Positions 29,009-38,252 of a stretch of 38,252 nt of DNA are shown here, piece by piece. Source of the DNA: Candidatus Thalassarchaeaceae archaeon (lineage in GTDB: Archaea; Thermoplasmatota; Poseidoniia; Poseidoniales; Thalassarchaeaceae); assembly GCA_965660655.1 (NCBI GenBank), contig CBFIAW010000003.1, forward strand, positions 1 to 38,252. The letters are read 5' to 3'. Position 1 is the first letter of the stretch; every line of letters starts with the position of its first letter. Both the position numbers and the translations under genes were made by a program. The notes beneath the pieces were generated by a model. It saw only the letters and a program-made list of their open reading frames with translations. It was not told where the DNA came from and searched no databases.

Positions 29009-29464
29009 ATGGAGTGGACGAAGGTCGATGTCCAATCCGATGAGACCATCATCGATGGAGTAGGCGGATTAGCCGATCTGAAGATGGGTCTGGATACGGA
29101 CGCGGAGTCAATGCACAAAGAGTTCCTAAATTCTCTACCCCATCTCTCGGAAGTTCGGGAGATGCATGGAGTAGTGACCTCTGACATCGAGTCTAGGTCC
29201 CTCAGCGACTCTGTGTCCACCCTAGGAGAATTTGTCTCAGAGTTCGGTGGAGAGTGGTCTGAGTCTGAAATCAGACTCCCATTGCCAGCAGCCAACAGGG
29301 ACGAGTTTACCGTCGACACGAAGAGTGACGGGATTTCCCAGATAGTCCGGATGATAGCACCCGAGAATTTCGGAGGGATGCTCAGGTCATTCCGACTTCC
29401 AAAAGGGAGGTTCGTCTCTGGTGCAATTTGGGAAGGAGAAGTCATCTCCATCAAGTTGGATTGA
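29009..29464 (+). CDS. Hypothetical protein with an Hsp20/alpha-crystallin-like C-terminal domain
   Basis: IRLPLPAANRDEFTV...RSFRLPKGRFVSGAIWEGEVISIKL resembles Hsp20-like beta-sandwiches. Overlaps the convergent gene end by 14 bp. Confidence 0.6.
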   Translation: MEWTKVDVQSDETIIDGVGGLADLKMGLDTDAESMHKEFLNSLPHLSEVREMHGVVTSDIESRSLSDSVSTLGEFVSEFGGEWSESEIRLPLPAANRDEFTVDTKSDGISQIVRMIAPENFGGMLRSFRLPKGRFVSGAIWEGEVISIKLD

Positions 29465-32400
29465 CCGACTCGTCCATCTCAATTTGAAGGGGCCCTCTCT
29501 CCGGGATATCCTGCATTGCCTCTATCTCCTGCATGACAGATGAGAGCGCTAGTTGTGCATTGTCCCTATGGGCATCTCCAAGAACGTGGCTTGAGTATCG
29601 GGCCTCCTCGAAGATTCGGTCAAGAGAGACCAATGAGGCCTCGCTGATAGGCAATGCTTCCCTGATTGCGGACTCGAACTCTCGAACGGTTTCGAAGTTC
29701 CTACGAAGGAAGCCTCGACGCATCAGCACTGAGCATAGATTCTCGTAGCAGAGGAAGATCGCCCTTCGGTATTCGTCCCCCGATGCCAACATCTCAACTG
29801 TCTGGCCGAGAACCTTTGCGAGCTCCCTGATCGTTGACTTCCTCTTTGTGTTGAATGCCAAAGCACCGAGGGCTATGGCGATTGCAGCGACCACTAGTGC
29901 CCCGAGTGCTACTGTGGCGCTGCCGAAGAATGAGTCCCCTTCCTGCTTCTCGTAGGCTATCGGAACCCCCGACGAGGGCAGGAGGGAAAGGCTGCCCGGG
30001 TCAACGAACTCGGAGTCCGACCCAAACATCACGCTGAGAAGACCCCATCCCTCTGGGGGGAGTGCCTGTTCGGAAAACGCTGGCAGAGGAGCCATTGACT
30101 TGAACTGGTACTCGAAGACACCGTCTGCCCCAGTCAGCTTGGAAACTGAGAAATGGGTGACGCTGCCATTGGCCAGGCTGGCAGTTAGTGAGAGTCCCTC
30201 TAGAGGTGCCCCCGTATCCTTAGCAGTGGCGTTTACCGTGCCCCTGATTACCCTCTGACCGTTTGAGAGATCCAGATCAGAGTAGACGAAGTCAACCTCG
30301 ATCATAACCAATATTTCGATATCCCGAGATACGCCGTTCAGGAACCTCGTCTGATCGGAACCAACCACTATGGTGATGACGTTATCACCCGGGTGCATGA
30401 ACTCTTGTGCCTTGGCCCGAATCTGGAAGTTCATCGTGCTTGGGTTGTCCCATGGCCCAGATGTTAGGGGAAGGTTCGAATCCCCCCAAGTAAGGCTCAT
30501 GGAGAGATTGTCGAAGATTGCAGATTCACCGCCGACCTCACGAACTAGTCCCTGTATCATGATGGAATTGGATGGGGATGCGTCTCCGCGAACAATTGTG
30601 TTGGTAATAGGCTGGATCTCAACCACTATGTCCGACAAGGCAAAAACCGATGATACGAACTCGGTTGGAAGATAGAGGAACTCCCCTCCAAACTGGAAAG
30701 AGACATTATGCGCACCCCTGCTCAATGAGTACTGTGCCCTGTGGCTGTAAGAGAAGACCCCCCCTTCTTCTGTGGAAATAAGTTCCACGGGCACCCCATC
30801 CAATAGTACTGAGACCACCCTCCCTTCCAGGCCCTGCTCAAATCCGGTGTCCGATTCGAAAAGCCTGCCAGAGAAGTTCCAGTGACCGCCGCGTGTGACA
30901 TAGCTCTGTTCGACCTGGAGGGATATTGAAGTATGGTACGAGACCGTGAAAATTGACTCGGTTCCGCCCTGCCTGTAGAATCCCTGGGCAGGCGAAATTG
31001 CAGATATCGAATGGTTTCCAACTTCCATTGACTCCGGAATTGTCCACTCAATTGACCAATTGCCGTTTTCCTGGCTGCTAGTAATGCCCACTAGAACCCC
31101 GTCCACGAAGACCTCGATTGTATGGCTCCCTAGCCAACCATCCTCCAAGTTGTCCTTTGCGGAACCAGAAATAACCATGGAATCTCCTACTGCGATGGGA
31201 CTTGGTTGGTCCATCGCCACGAACACGGGGGCATAGACGGTGAAGGCTACAGAAGAGTTTGATGGGAGTACAAAGGCCTCGCCAGCGAACTCTATTCCGA
31301 CTAGCATTGGCCCCAATGGCATGTCGGGTGCGATAGGAACGAAGCCGATGAATGATCCATTCTCGTCTACAGAAATGCCAGTGATTTCATGTCCATTTAC
31401 TGACAAGATGAGATCCCTGTTTGGGATGGCCCGACCGACACCATCGGTTAGCAACCCTTCGACGATTGCCACTCCAGTCCTGTCGATATCGGCTGGAGAC
31501 GTTGAGATGACCACTTGGGAGGTTTGAGTCACATTGAACACCATTGAATCCGAAGAAGCCAGGTAGTATTCTGGATTCAAGGAGTCCCCCTGACCCATCG
31601 GATCTACCCATGAGAAGCCACCCAGGAAGTCGACGCGAGCAGTATGGGAGCCAAAGTTCATTTCTGCAGGAATGAGGTAAGTTATCGACCACTGTCCCGT
31701 GGTCCCATTGGAGAATGTGGTGTAAGCAGGGCCAACATCAATTCCATCTATGTACAAATGGATTAGCCCTCCACTAAAGTCGCCATCTTCCTTCAGCAGC
31801 TGATCCCTCTCATCCAAGAGTGAGCCCACGAATGTTACTGACTCTCCTGCTATGGAAGGTGAGGATGCCTGTTTCAGGACCAGGTCAGTAGGGGCCAAGA
31901 CGACGACCCTTGTCCATGTCTCGTCGCCCAGAAGGCCAATCGTGCCATTGATGCCGGAGAATGTGGCAGTGACCACCATTGGCCCGGGATTTCTGTCGGG
32001 TCTGACGAGTATTGATGCTGAGGCAGTCCCATTTGAGTCGGTCAGTCCACCCCAGACGGTGATGTTGTCAATCCTGAGTATGATTGTAGCAGATGCAACG
32101 GGTCCACCTGAGTTGTCTATTAGGGAAAGGTCGATGTCGAATGTTTCCCCCCTGATTGTCCTGTTGTCCGGATCCAGGTCATTCGGGTTGTCTATCGCTA
32201 GAACCGAATAACCCCTACTGTCGAAGGTGGAAAACCCAGATGCCGAAGAGAAGTATGTTACTTGGGGTGTGAAAGAAACCTCCAATCCGTGAGGACCCCT
32301 TTGGAAAGATAAGTCGAGTCTAAGTTCGGCGGACCAAGTTCCATCCGCATGGAATGAAACCTGAGATACGGTGAATGTACTGGTTTCATCGTCTATTGAG

Positions 32401-35400
32401 AATGTCAATGTAGGGTTCAACGGGTTCCCTGAAGTATCGGAGAGTCCAGTCCCGTTGCTGGAAGTAAGAGAACCGGTCACGTTGAAGAATTCTCCCGGAA
32501 GAGGATTGGCAGTGATTGGATCGATCACCATAGTGGTTGAAGATCTAACGGTGATTGTATTCAGAATCTGTACTGCCTGGTGGAGGTCTTCGGAACCGTT
32601 GAAGACGAAGGTGACGTTCACAAGACCAAGTGGGTGATCGTGAGGAATTTCGAATTCAAATGCGACACTGCCATCGGCCGCGGTAACTTCAGGATCAAGC
32701 CATGTATCGTGGAAAAGGACCATGACTTCGAAACTGGAAAGAGGTCCCTCGTTGTTGCTGAACTCGACAAGTCTGGTTGTCATGGTAGCCGATTGGCCTC
32801 TGTCTACAATGGTATTGACGAATGGATTAGAATCGACGAACTGAGACACTCCGAACACTAGTATGGTCGCATCCCCGTTCCCTGTGAGATAGAATGGGGT
32901 GGAGCCGTTGACGACGCTGACTACCACGGTTCTGACACCCCTCAAGACACCGTTTCCTAGTGTATCAGTGGGAACGGTGAGGTTGAATCCACCTGACATA
33001 TTCGTAGTTTGGTTATCAATCAGGAGCTCATCTGGCTCGTCTAGAAAGAAGACGTTGATCCCCACGGGGCCATCTACGGTCCTATTGATATCTGCAGAAT
33101 CCATCACGGTACCGACCAGATTGAAGAATTGCAGTGCAGTCACTTGGTTCGGAATCGAGGATATCTCAATCGTGCTAGCTACTTGGACGGTGAGATTAAC
33201 GAAGCTCTCGTTCCCGAGCCACCTGCCTGCTTCGGGTGTGCTAAGAGAATCGGAAAGGTCGTCTGGAGCGTGCACTCGAATATTATAGAATCCCGGTGGA
33301 GCGGAAGAAGGGACAACTGGGTCGAAGGAAACCAAGCCCTCTGAATTAGTGGTTCCGGACTGAAGGACAGTCTCGAGCGGCCCGCCCCAATCGAAATAGA
33401 GATCCAAGGCGACGCCAGAAAGAGTTTCACTGGGATCCGCGACATCTGTCACTACGGACTCAAGGAGCAGTTGCTCTCCAGCAGTTACTATCGAAGCTGT
33501 GGGATCTGTCTGGACGACAAACTCTGTCTGAACTCCTATTTGGATTGTTGTGGAATCGCCTGCATTGTAGTAGCTCCCTCCCACGGGAGGGTTACCCGAG
33601 AAACTCAGGGTGACATCTATCTCGTAAACTCCAGATGGGACTCCCTGTGGTATCTCGAATGAAAGGTTGTAGGCACCGGTTGCTTCATCCACCCAACCGT
33701 TTGCAATGTTGTAAATCGGACCGGCGGCAGGGAAACCTCCTGGGGTATTGGGTAGTTCAGATGGAAGCAGGAGCTGAACCATAACGGAAGAGTTGTTTCC
33801 AATGACCGTGTTTTGCAACACCATATCGCTAGCGAATCCAGAAATCCAATTTGTCGAGCCTCTAACGGACCACTCGTCAGAGAGACTTGCAGATGCATTG
33901 GCCATCCCACGAACCCTAAGTAAATCAGATGTAGAATTGGGGCTGAGCCAAGTTGAACCGCTATAGCTGAGATTCCAATCATAGTCACCGGGATCCATGT
34001 TGAACAAAGGAGTGAACGTCGGTGTGACCCTACCCGCGTCCGGATCGGTTTGATTCCAAACGTTATCGCCATCGAATAGGAGTGTGTATTCGCCCTCAAA
34101 TGAAGCGAATGATGAGCCGGTATGATCCTCCATGAAGACGTCTACTGCGTACTCCCGTCCTCTGATTGCGAAAATGAGTTCATAGTCGAAAACTACAAAA
34201 CTTCGGATTCCGAAGATATCAGTAAATTGCTCTTGGTCGTTCGAATTCAAGTCATCCGAGTCGAACTGCATACGCACATCAACTGGACCTGCGGGCAGAG
34301 GTACTTCGGAAGCTGAGAATAGCCACGTAATGGAGAAGTCCCCTGGTGACGCGCCCCATGATGAGTTGTTGAGATACCAAGAGGAAAGTTCGACGAAAGG
34401 TCCAGAGATGTCGGCTCTACGCATCTCGAGTATCAGAGTCCCATTTAGAGGGGTGGGGGAGGGCCCTCTGCTGAGAACAGTACCATTCAGATAGATGTTG
34501 CTTCCAATCTCGAGAATTGAGTTATTTGCGCCCTGGGACTCAATTTCAACGGATAGATTTGGAGAAAGAGTGATGTTGAACATGAAGGGGAAGGAGCCCG
34601 GTCGGGCATGGTAGTCAGGAGGCGTCTCGTTGTTCATATCATCGAAATGCCAACCTTGGAAGGAAAGGGCAGCATCCATCAGACCGAGTGGTTCTGTCTC
34701 GTCAATTGGGACGATGAACTCGTAGTAACCACCACCCGAAACACCCGAAACAATTGATATCTCACCATCTACACTCGAAGAATAGTTCAACACGACCTGT
34801 AGGTCATCTGTGATTGATGGGTCCAGATATGGGGAGCTAGCCCAAGACAATTGTCCAGTGATTGACGAATTTACCCCAATCCCTAGCATTGGTTGCCCGA
34901 TCGGAATTGGGCTAGTTATCGAAATTGACACATTATCTGTGATGTTGACCTGCCATGGCATGGAAATTCCTTGCGTCCCAACATATCCCTTCTCGGTAGT
35001 CAGGATTACCAGAGACCCGAATCCTGGTTGGATTACTTGTGAGGGGAGCCCTGTAAGATTGAACGAACCATTGGCATCCGTAGTGACGTTGGCCACCATG
35101 TGTTCTTCGATGGCAGCGCTTCCGGGGACCTCTCCGGATTTATTCGGTTCGACTAGGTACATGGAGAGAGATATATTTTCCACAAGGGTTTGGTTATCCA
35201 CAAACTCCAAAGTTCCCTCTACCCAGATTGATTCAGATAACGTAGTATTTCTCTCAACTACTGTTGGACCCCAAGATTCCAAATTGACCATAACTTCGGA
35301 AATAGGGGGGCATGCTTCGAACGGGATCCAACCAAGATCCAGTTCCCCCTGGTTCTGGTTAGTCTGCAGGTGAACCTCTGCCCATCTTGTGAAGTCTTTG

Positions 35401-38252
35401 CCATACACGTTGAATGCCTTTCCGTCCCATGAGCCTCCGGAAAAACCAGTGACCTTGCGAGCGGGGATTCCTGCTATTCTAAGCATGGTCACGAAGATGG
35501 AAGTGAACTCGTCACAGTTCCCCTCTCTCGAAGAGTTTAGTATCCAATGAGTGACATCGCTATCGACCCCCAACCCATTTGTCCTTCCTGAACCGTAATG
35601 ATTCCTAAGGAAAGAGATTGTATCGTTGCCGTTCACTATGAAGTCCTGGATGGCGGATATCTTGTCCCATGCGGATATCGCTCCGGATTGGTCCAGCACG
35701 TCCTGAGTTAGGTTCGTAACAAAACCGGAGTTATTCGTGAAGTCTTGAGGGAGTTCCTTTCCGTAATCAGAATCTGCGAAAACTGTGGTGTTTTCACGGA
35801 TTGCAGCGGACAATATCACTTCGGGAGCGTTGACATATAAGGCCTCCACAACGGCACTATCCACGATGATGTCCCTAGTGTAGTTGGAGAAGTTGAGGCC
35901 CGCGGTAATATCCACCCATGTTGTGTAATTGACCACATTGTAGGGTTGTATGAGTTCTTGACCCGGTCCTATGTTTCCGGCTTCTTCAAATATAATCGCC
36001 CAAGAAAGTGCTCCGGAGTGATTCCAGAAAGACTGGTCTGCCACGCCTTGATCTGTGGAGAATTCAGGAGTAACTTGGGTATTCCCAACTAGGGTGCTAT
36101 TGACCCCCCATGAGACTCCGGTGTAGAAGTCGTAAGTATGCCACCTCCAGTAGTGTTTGACGGTGGGATCCATCCCTCCCGAGGTATTGGTTGCCGTGAA
36201 CATTAGTGCGTTCTCCTGGATGTCGTCAATGGGATCAAATGGATCTCCCGGAGATCCGATACAATCCAGGGCCCAGAAGTCTTCTGTGCACTCTTCGCCA
36301 TCAGGAACGCCCCCTCCATCCGAGTCAGGGTCGAGCCAGTCAGTACCAAGCTCCTGCTCAATCAAATCGGGGATTCCATCGCCATCGGTATCTAGGGGAT
36401 TGATGTCGTCGTTCGGATTATCTTGGGGATTGGTCCCATCGAGGTATTCCTGTCCATCATCAACACCTCCATTGTCGGAGTCGGCTACGTTCCAGAGAGT
36501 AAACCAAACGTCCGAGGTGAAGTTGCCACCGAAGCCAAATCCACCGATCCCGAAAATCATCGAGCAACCAGTGGTGTTCTCGAAGTAGTTGTTGAGGCCG
36601 TCATCATCGGTATCGAGGAGATTGTGACAAGGCTCCCTTGGATCTGTGAGGTTCAGAGTCTCGGATAGGTCATTGACCCCATCGCCATCGGTATCGGAAA
36701 GGGTCGGGTCGGAGAGGAATCCCCAGGTTGCAGACAACTCCTCCCAGTCTGCCAGACCATCACCATCTGTGTCCTTGTAGTCATCATCGCACCATGGGTC
36801 ATTGGTAGCATTGGCAGACGCGTTCCAGCACCAAGACCCATTCGTGAACAAAATCGTATTTACTCCGATTGGTGGTTCTGTGTCCAAGCCTTTCAAGAAT
36901 GAAGGATCCTCTAGAGATTCATAGCTAAACGATGTGCGTGTCCCGTTGGGGGCGACGAAATATGCCATCGGAGCGTTTCCCCTCCAATCCACCGGATCGG
37001 GATTGATACCAATAGTGGAATTGATGGTGAGAGTATCTGCATCACCGTCCCAAGAAATGATTGTGAAGACTAGATCGAAAATGGAAGTACACGGGTCGGT
37101 CTGACCGGGGAAGCCTTCGTCGCCATCATTGATTCCGCCGCCATCAGAATCTGAGACGTTCCATATGGTGCAGGAGTTGTTTTCTTCCCAGTTTTGAAGC
37201 CCATCACCATCGAAGTCCCCCTCGTCATTTATCCTAGTTGGGTCAGTCTCTCCTGTGTCAATCACCCCATTACCATTTAGATCCTCGTCTCCATCATCCA
37301 GATGATCGCCATCCGTATTGTTGCTTCTTGGGTCTGAACCCTGTGCAGGATCACCGTATGAGCCATTGAACTCGACTCCATCATTAATGCCGTCGGAGTC
37401 CGTATCAGGGGAAGTTGGGTCGGTCAACAAGACGAGAGCCTCTAACGAGTCATTCAAGCCATCTCCATCGGTATCGTTGTTCTGCGGATCGGTCTGAGTT
37501 ATTCCATCGACCTCGGAGGTAAAAATGGTACAGCCACCAGGGCCAAGCGAAAGTACTGGATTGCAGGGTGACTCTGTGGCAGTCATATTGATTGGTCCGG
37601 GTCTGAAGTACTGCGTTGGAGGGAATGTGGACCCATTTCTAGTCCCCCATGCAGGATTGACGTATTCGTAAATGTTTGAAAGACCGTCAGAATCAGGATC
37701 TCCGAAGGTTCCGTCTTGATTAGAATTAGAGGTTGGATCCAATCCGTTTGCCACCTCCCATCCATCTGGCATCCCATCGCCATCGGTGTCCCATCCATTG
37801 GGGTCCTCATCGGCAATTCCATCCCCATCATCATCATTAGAACTGCAGTCCGCATCTCCATCAAAGTCACCGTCATTTGAGTCAACCATCCCATCGTGAT
37901 CGTTGTCGAACGTGTCAGTACAGATGTTGCCCACCGGGTCCTCGTCGGCACCGTCTGATCCAGAACCCTGAATCACTTGCATTGCGCTCTCTTCGTCCCA
38001 GTTGGAAACGGGTATCGTGCCATTCCACCAAACCCCATTGTCTAAGAAATTCGTAGTTGAAGGCTCGTCCCAGCCTGAAGGAATCCCGTAAAGATACTCA
38101 TTCAGATTTGTCAAGCCGTCGGAGTCGGGATCTCCTGTCGAGCCGTTGTCGCCAGATGACGAAAGCGGGTCTAGCCCATATTGCCATTCCCATCCATCTG
38201 GGAGTCCGTCATTATCAGAGTCCCAATCCTGGGGCTGGGTGTTAATTAGGAA
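29451..38252 (-). CDS. Giant surface protein, 5' truncated: DxDxDG Ca-binding repeats, TgpA-like/transglutaminase-like domain, many Ig-like repeats, TM, DUF4129
   Basis: The frame is open to the right edge (FLINTQPQDWDSDNDGLPDGWE...), so TTG 38114 is not the real start. Motifs: YWRWHTYDFYTGVSW; GNCDEFTSIFVTMLRIAGIPARKVTGF; GWIPFE; TM ALGALVVAAIAIALGALAF; DUF4129-like CYENLC...ETVREF...IFEEARYS. Confidence 0.88.
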   Translation of the reverse strand, partial: FLINTQPQDWDSDNDGLPDGWEWQYGLDPLSSSGDNGSTGDPDSDGLTNLNEYLYGIPSGWDEPSTTNFLDNGVWWNGTIPVSNWDEESAMQVIQGSGSDGADEDPVGNICTDTFDNDHDGMVDSNDGDFDGDADCSSNDDDGDGIADEDPNGWDTDGDGMPDGWEVANGLDPTSNSNQDGTFGDPDSDGLSNIYEYVNPAWGTRNGSTFPPTQYFRPGPINMTATESPCNPVLSLGPGGCTIFTSEVDGITQTDPQNNDTDGDGLNDSLEALVLLTDPTSPDTDSDGINDGVEFNGSYGDPAQGSDPRSNNTDGDHLDDGDEDLNGNGVIDTGETDPTRINDEGDFDGDGLQNWEENNSCTIWNVSDSDGGGINDGDEGFPGQTDPCTSIFDLVFTIISWDGDADTLTINSTIGINPDPVDWRGNAPMAYFVAPNGTRTSFSYESLEDPSFLKGLDTEPPIGVNTILFTNGSWCWNASANATNDPWCDDDYKDTDGDGLADWEELSATWGFLSDPTLSDTDGDGVNDLSETLNLTDPREPCHNLLDTDDDGLNNYFENTTGCSMIFGIGGFGFGGNFTSDVWFTLWNVADSDNGGVDDGQEYLDGTNPQDNPNDDINPLDTDGDGIPDLIEQELGTDWLDPDSDGGGVPDGEECTEDFWALDCIGSPGDPFDPIDDIQENALMFTATNTSGGMDPTVKHYWRWHTYDFYTGVSWGVNSTLVGNTQVTPEFSTDQGVADQSFWNHSGALSWAIIFEEAGNIGPGQELIQPYNVVNYTTWVDITAGLNFSNYTRDIIVDSAVVEALYVNAPEVILSAAIRENTTVFADSDYGKELPQDFTNNSGFVTNLTQDVLDQSGAISAWDKISAIQDFIVNGNDTISFLRNHYGSGRTNGLGVDSDVTHWILNSSREGNCDEFTSIFVTMLRIAGIPARKVTGFSGGSWDGKAFNVYGKDFTRWAEVHLQTNQNQGELDLGWIPFEACPPISEVMVNLESWGPTVVERNTTLSESIWVEGTLEFVDNQTLVENISLSMYLVEPNKSGEVPGSAAIEEHMVANVTTDANGSFNLTGLPSQVIQPGFGSLVILTTEKGYVGTQGISMPWQVNITDNVSISITSPIPIGQPMLGIGVNSSITGQLSWASSPYLDPSITDDLQVVLNYSSSVDGEISIVSGVSGGGYYEFIVPIDETEPLGLMDAALSFQGWHFDDMNNETPPDYHARPGSFPFMFNITLSPNLSVEIESQGANNSILEIGSNIYLNGTVLSRGPSPTPLNGTLILEMRRADISGPFVELSSWYLNNSSWGASPGDFSITWLFSASEVPLPAGPVDVRMQFDSDDLNSNDQEQFTDIFGIRSFVVFDYELIFAIRGREYAVDVFMEDHTGSSFASFEGEYTLLFDGDNVWNQTDPDAGRVTPTFTPLFNMDPGDYDWNLSYSGSTWLSPNSTSDLLRVRGMANASASLSDEWSVRGSTNWISGFASDMVLQNTVIGNNSSVMVQLLLPSELPNTPGGFPAAGPIYNIANGWVDEATGAYNLSFEIPQGVPSGVYEIDVTLSFSGNPPVGGSYYNAGDSTTIQIGVQTEFVVQTDPTASIVTAGEQLLLESVVTDVADPSETLSGVALDLYFDWGGPLETVLQSGTTNSEGLVSFDPVVPSSAPPGFYNIRVHAPDDLSDSLSTPEAGRWLGNESFVNLTVQVASTIEISSIPNQVTALQFFNLVGTVMDSADINRTVDGPVGINVFFLDEPDELLIDNQTTNMSGGFNLTVPTDTLGNGVLRGVRTVVVSVVNGSTPFYLTGNGDATILVFGVSQFVDSNPFVNTIVDRGQSATMTTRLVEFSNNEGPLSSFEVMVLFHDTWLDPEVTAADGSVAFEFEIPHDHPLGLVNVTFVFNGSEDLHQAVQILNTITVRSSTTMVIDPITANPLPGEFFNVTGSLTSSNGTGLSDTSGNPLNPTLTFSIDDETSTFTVSQVSFHADGTWSAELRLDLSFQRGPHGLEVSFTPQVTYFSSASGFSTFDSRGYSVLAIDNPNDLDPDNRTIRGETFDIDLSLIDNSGGPVASATIILRIDNITVWGGLTDSNGTASASILVRPDRNPGPMVVTATFSGINGTIGLLGDETWTRVVVLAPTDLVLKQASSPSIAGESVTFVGSLLDERDQLLKEDGDFSGGLIHLYIDGIDVGPAYTTFSNGTTGQWSITYLIPAEMNFGSHTARVDFLGGFSWVDPMGQGDSLNPEYYLASSDSMVFNVTQTSQVVISTSPADIDRTGVAIVEGLLTDGVGRAIPNRDLILSVNGHEITGISVDENGSFIGFVPIAPDMPLGPMLVGIEFAGEAFVLPSNSSVAFTVYAPVFVAMDQPSPIAVGDSMVISGSAKDNLEDGWLGSHTIEVFVDGVLVGITSSQENGNWSIEWTIPESMEVGNHSISAISPAQGFYRQGGTESIFTVSYHTSISLQVEQSYVTRGGHWNFSGRLFESDTGFEQGLEGRVVSVLLDGVPVELISTEEGGVFSYSHRAQYSLSRGAHNVSFQFGGEFLYLPTEFVSSVFALSDIVVEIQPITNTIVRGDASPSNSIMIQGLVREVGGESAIFDNLSMSLTWGDSNLPLTSGPWDNPSTMNFQIRAKAQEFMHPGDNVITIVVGSDQTRFLNGVSRDIEILVMIEVDFVYSDLDLSNGQRVIRGTVNATAKDTGAPLEGLSLTASLANGSVTHFSVSKLTGADGVFEYQFKSMAPLPAFSEQALPPEGWGLLSVMFGSDSEFVDPGSLSLLPSSGVPIAYEKQEGDSFFGSATVALGALVVAAIAIALGALAFNTKRKSTIRELAKVLGQTVEMLASGDEYRRAIFLCYENLCSVLMRRGFLRRNFETVREFESAIREALPISEASLVSLDRIFEEARYSSHVLGDAHRDNAQLALSSVMQEIEAMQDIPERGPLQIEMDESVNPT
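36220..38252 (-). repeat. Protein-level tandem DxDxDG / TSP3-like calcium-binding repeats
   Basis: Recurring units DTDGDGMPDGWE, DPDSDGLSNIYE, DTDGDGLNDSLE, DTDSDGINDGVE, DFDGDGLQNWEE, DTDGDGLADWEE, DTDGDGIPDLIE, each usually followed by G(T/L)DP. Confidence 0.85.

Noticed and set aside
38112-38114. TTG start assigned to the 2887-aa ORF
   Set aside because: The frame stays open for 46 more codons to the edge with the same repeat pattern and no signal peptide, so the true start is outside the window.
645-38245. The many 60-190 aa ORFs nested in or antisense to the large genes
   Set aside because: They are shadow frames of long coding sequences, with no motifs or independent start signals.
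36220-38252. Repetitive DNA (ccatcgccatc-like) as a possible CRISPR array or tandem repeat
   Set aside because: The similarity comes from Asp-Gly codons in protein repeats; there are no identical regularly spaced DNA repeats.

Overview
Gene-dense archaeal chromosomal DNA. CarS, AglB, an XPD helicase and giant acidic surface proteins point to Thermoplasmatota, most likely Marine Group II/Poseidoniales (inference). Both edges fall inside genes for secreted proteins with Ca-binding DxDxDG repeats. A ~20 kb minus-strand run reads carS - purD - giant 3309-aa AglB/STT3 oligosaccharyltransferase fusion - membrane-anchored S8 protease - 1421-aa beta-helix/Ig surface protein - wHTH-STAND-TPR (NLR-like) protein. 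The rest holds an MBL hydrolase, an anchored secreted protein, gdhA, a SAMHD1-like HD protein, a double-RHH regulator with an 11-bp-phased operator-like array, a small ORF with two hairpins, XPD, an Hsp20-like protein, and a >2930-aa TgpA-like transglutaminase/Ig-repeat/DUF4129 protein with an altered catalytic triad. The best candidate for a new system is a cell-surface building and modifying locus centred on the giant AglB. purD carries one in-frame TAA with its C-terminus intact beyond it. I saw no rRNA, tRNA, CRISPR array or mobile element. All family calls come from motif recognition by eye, not from database searches.
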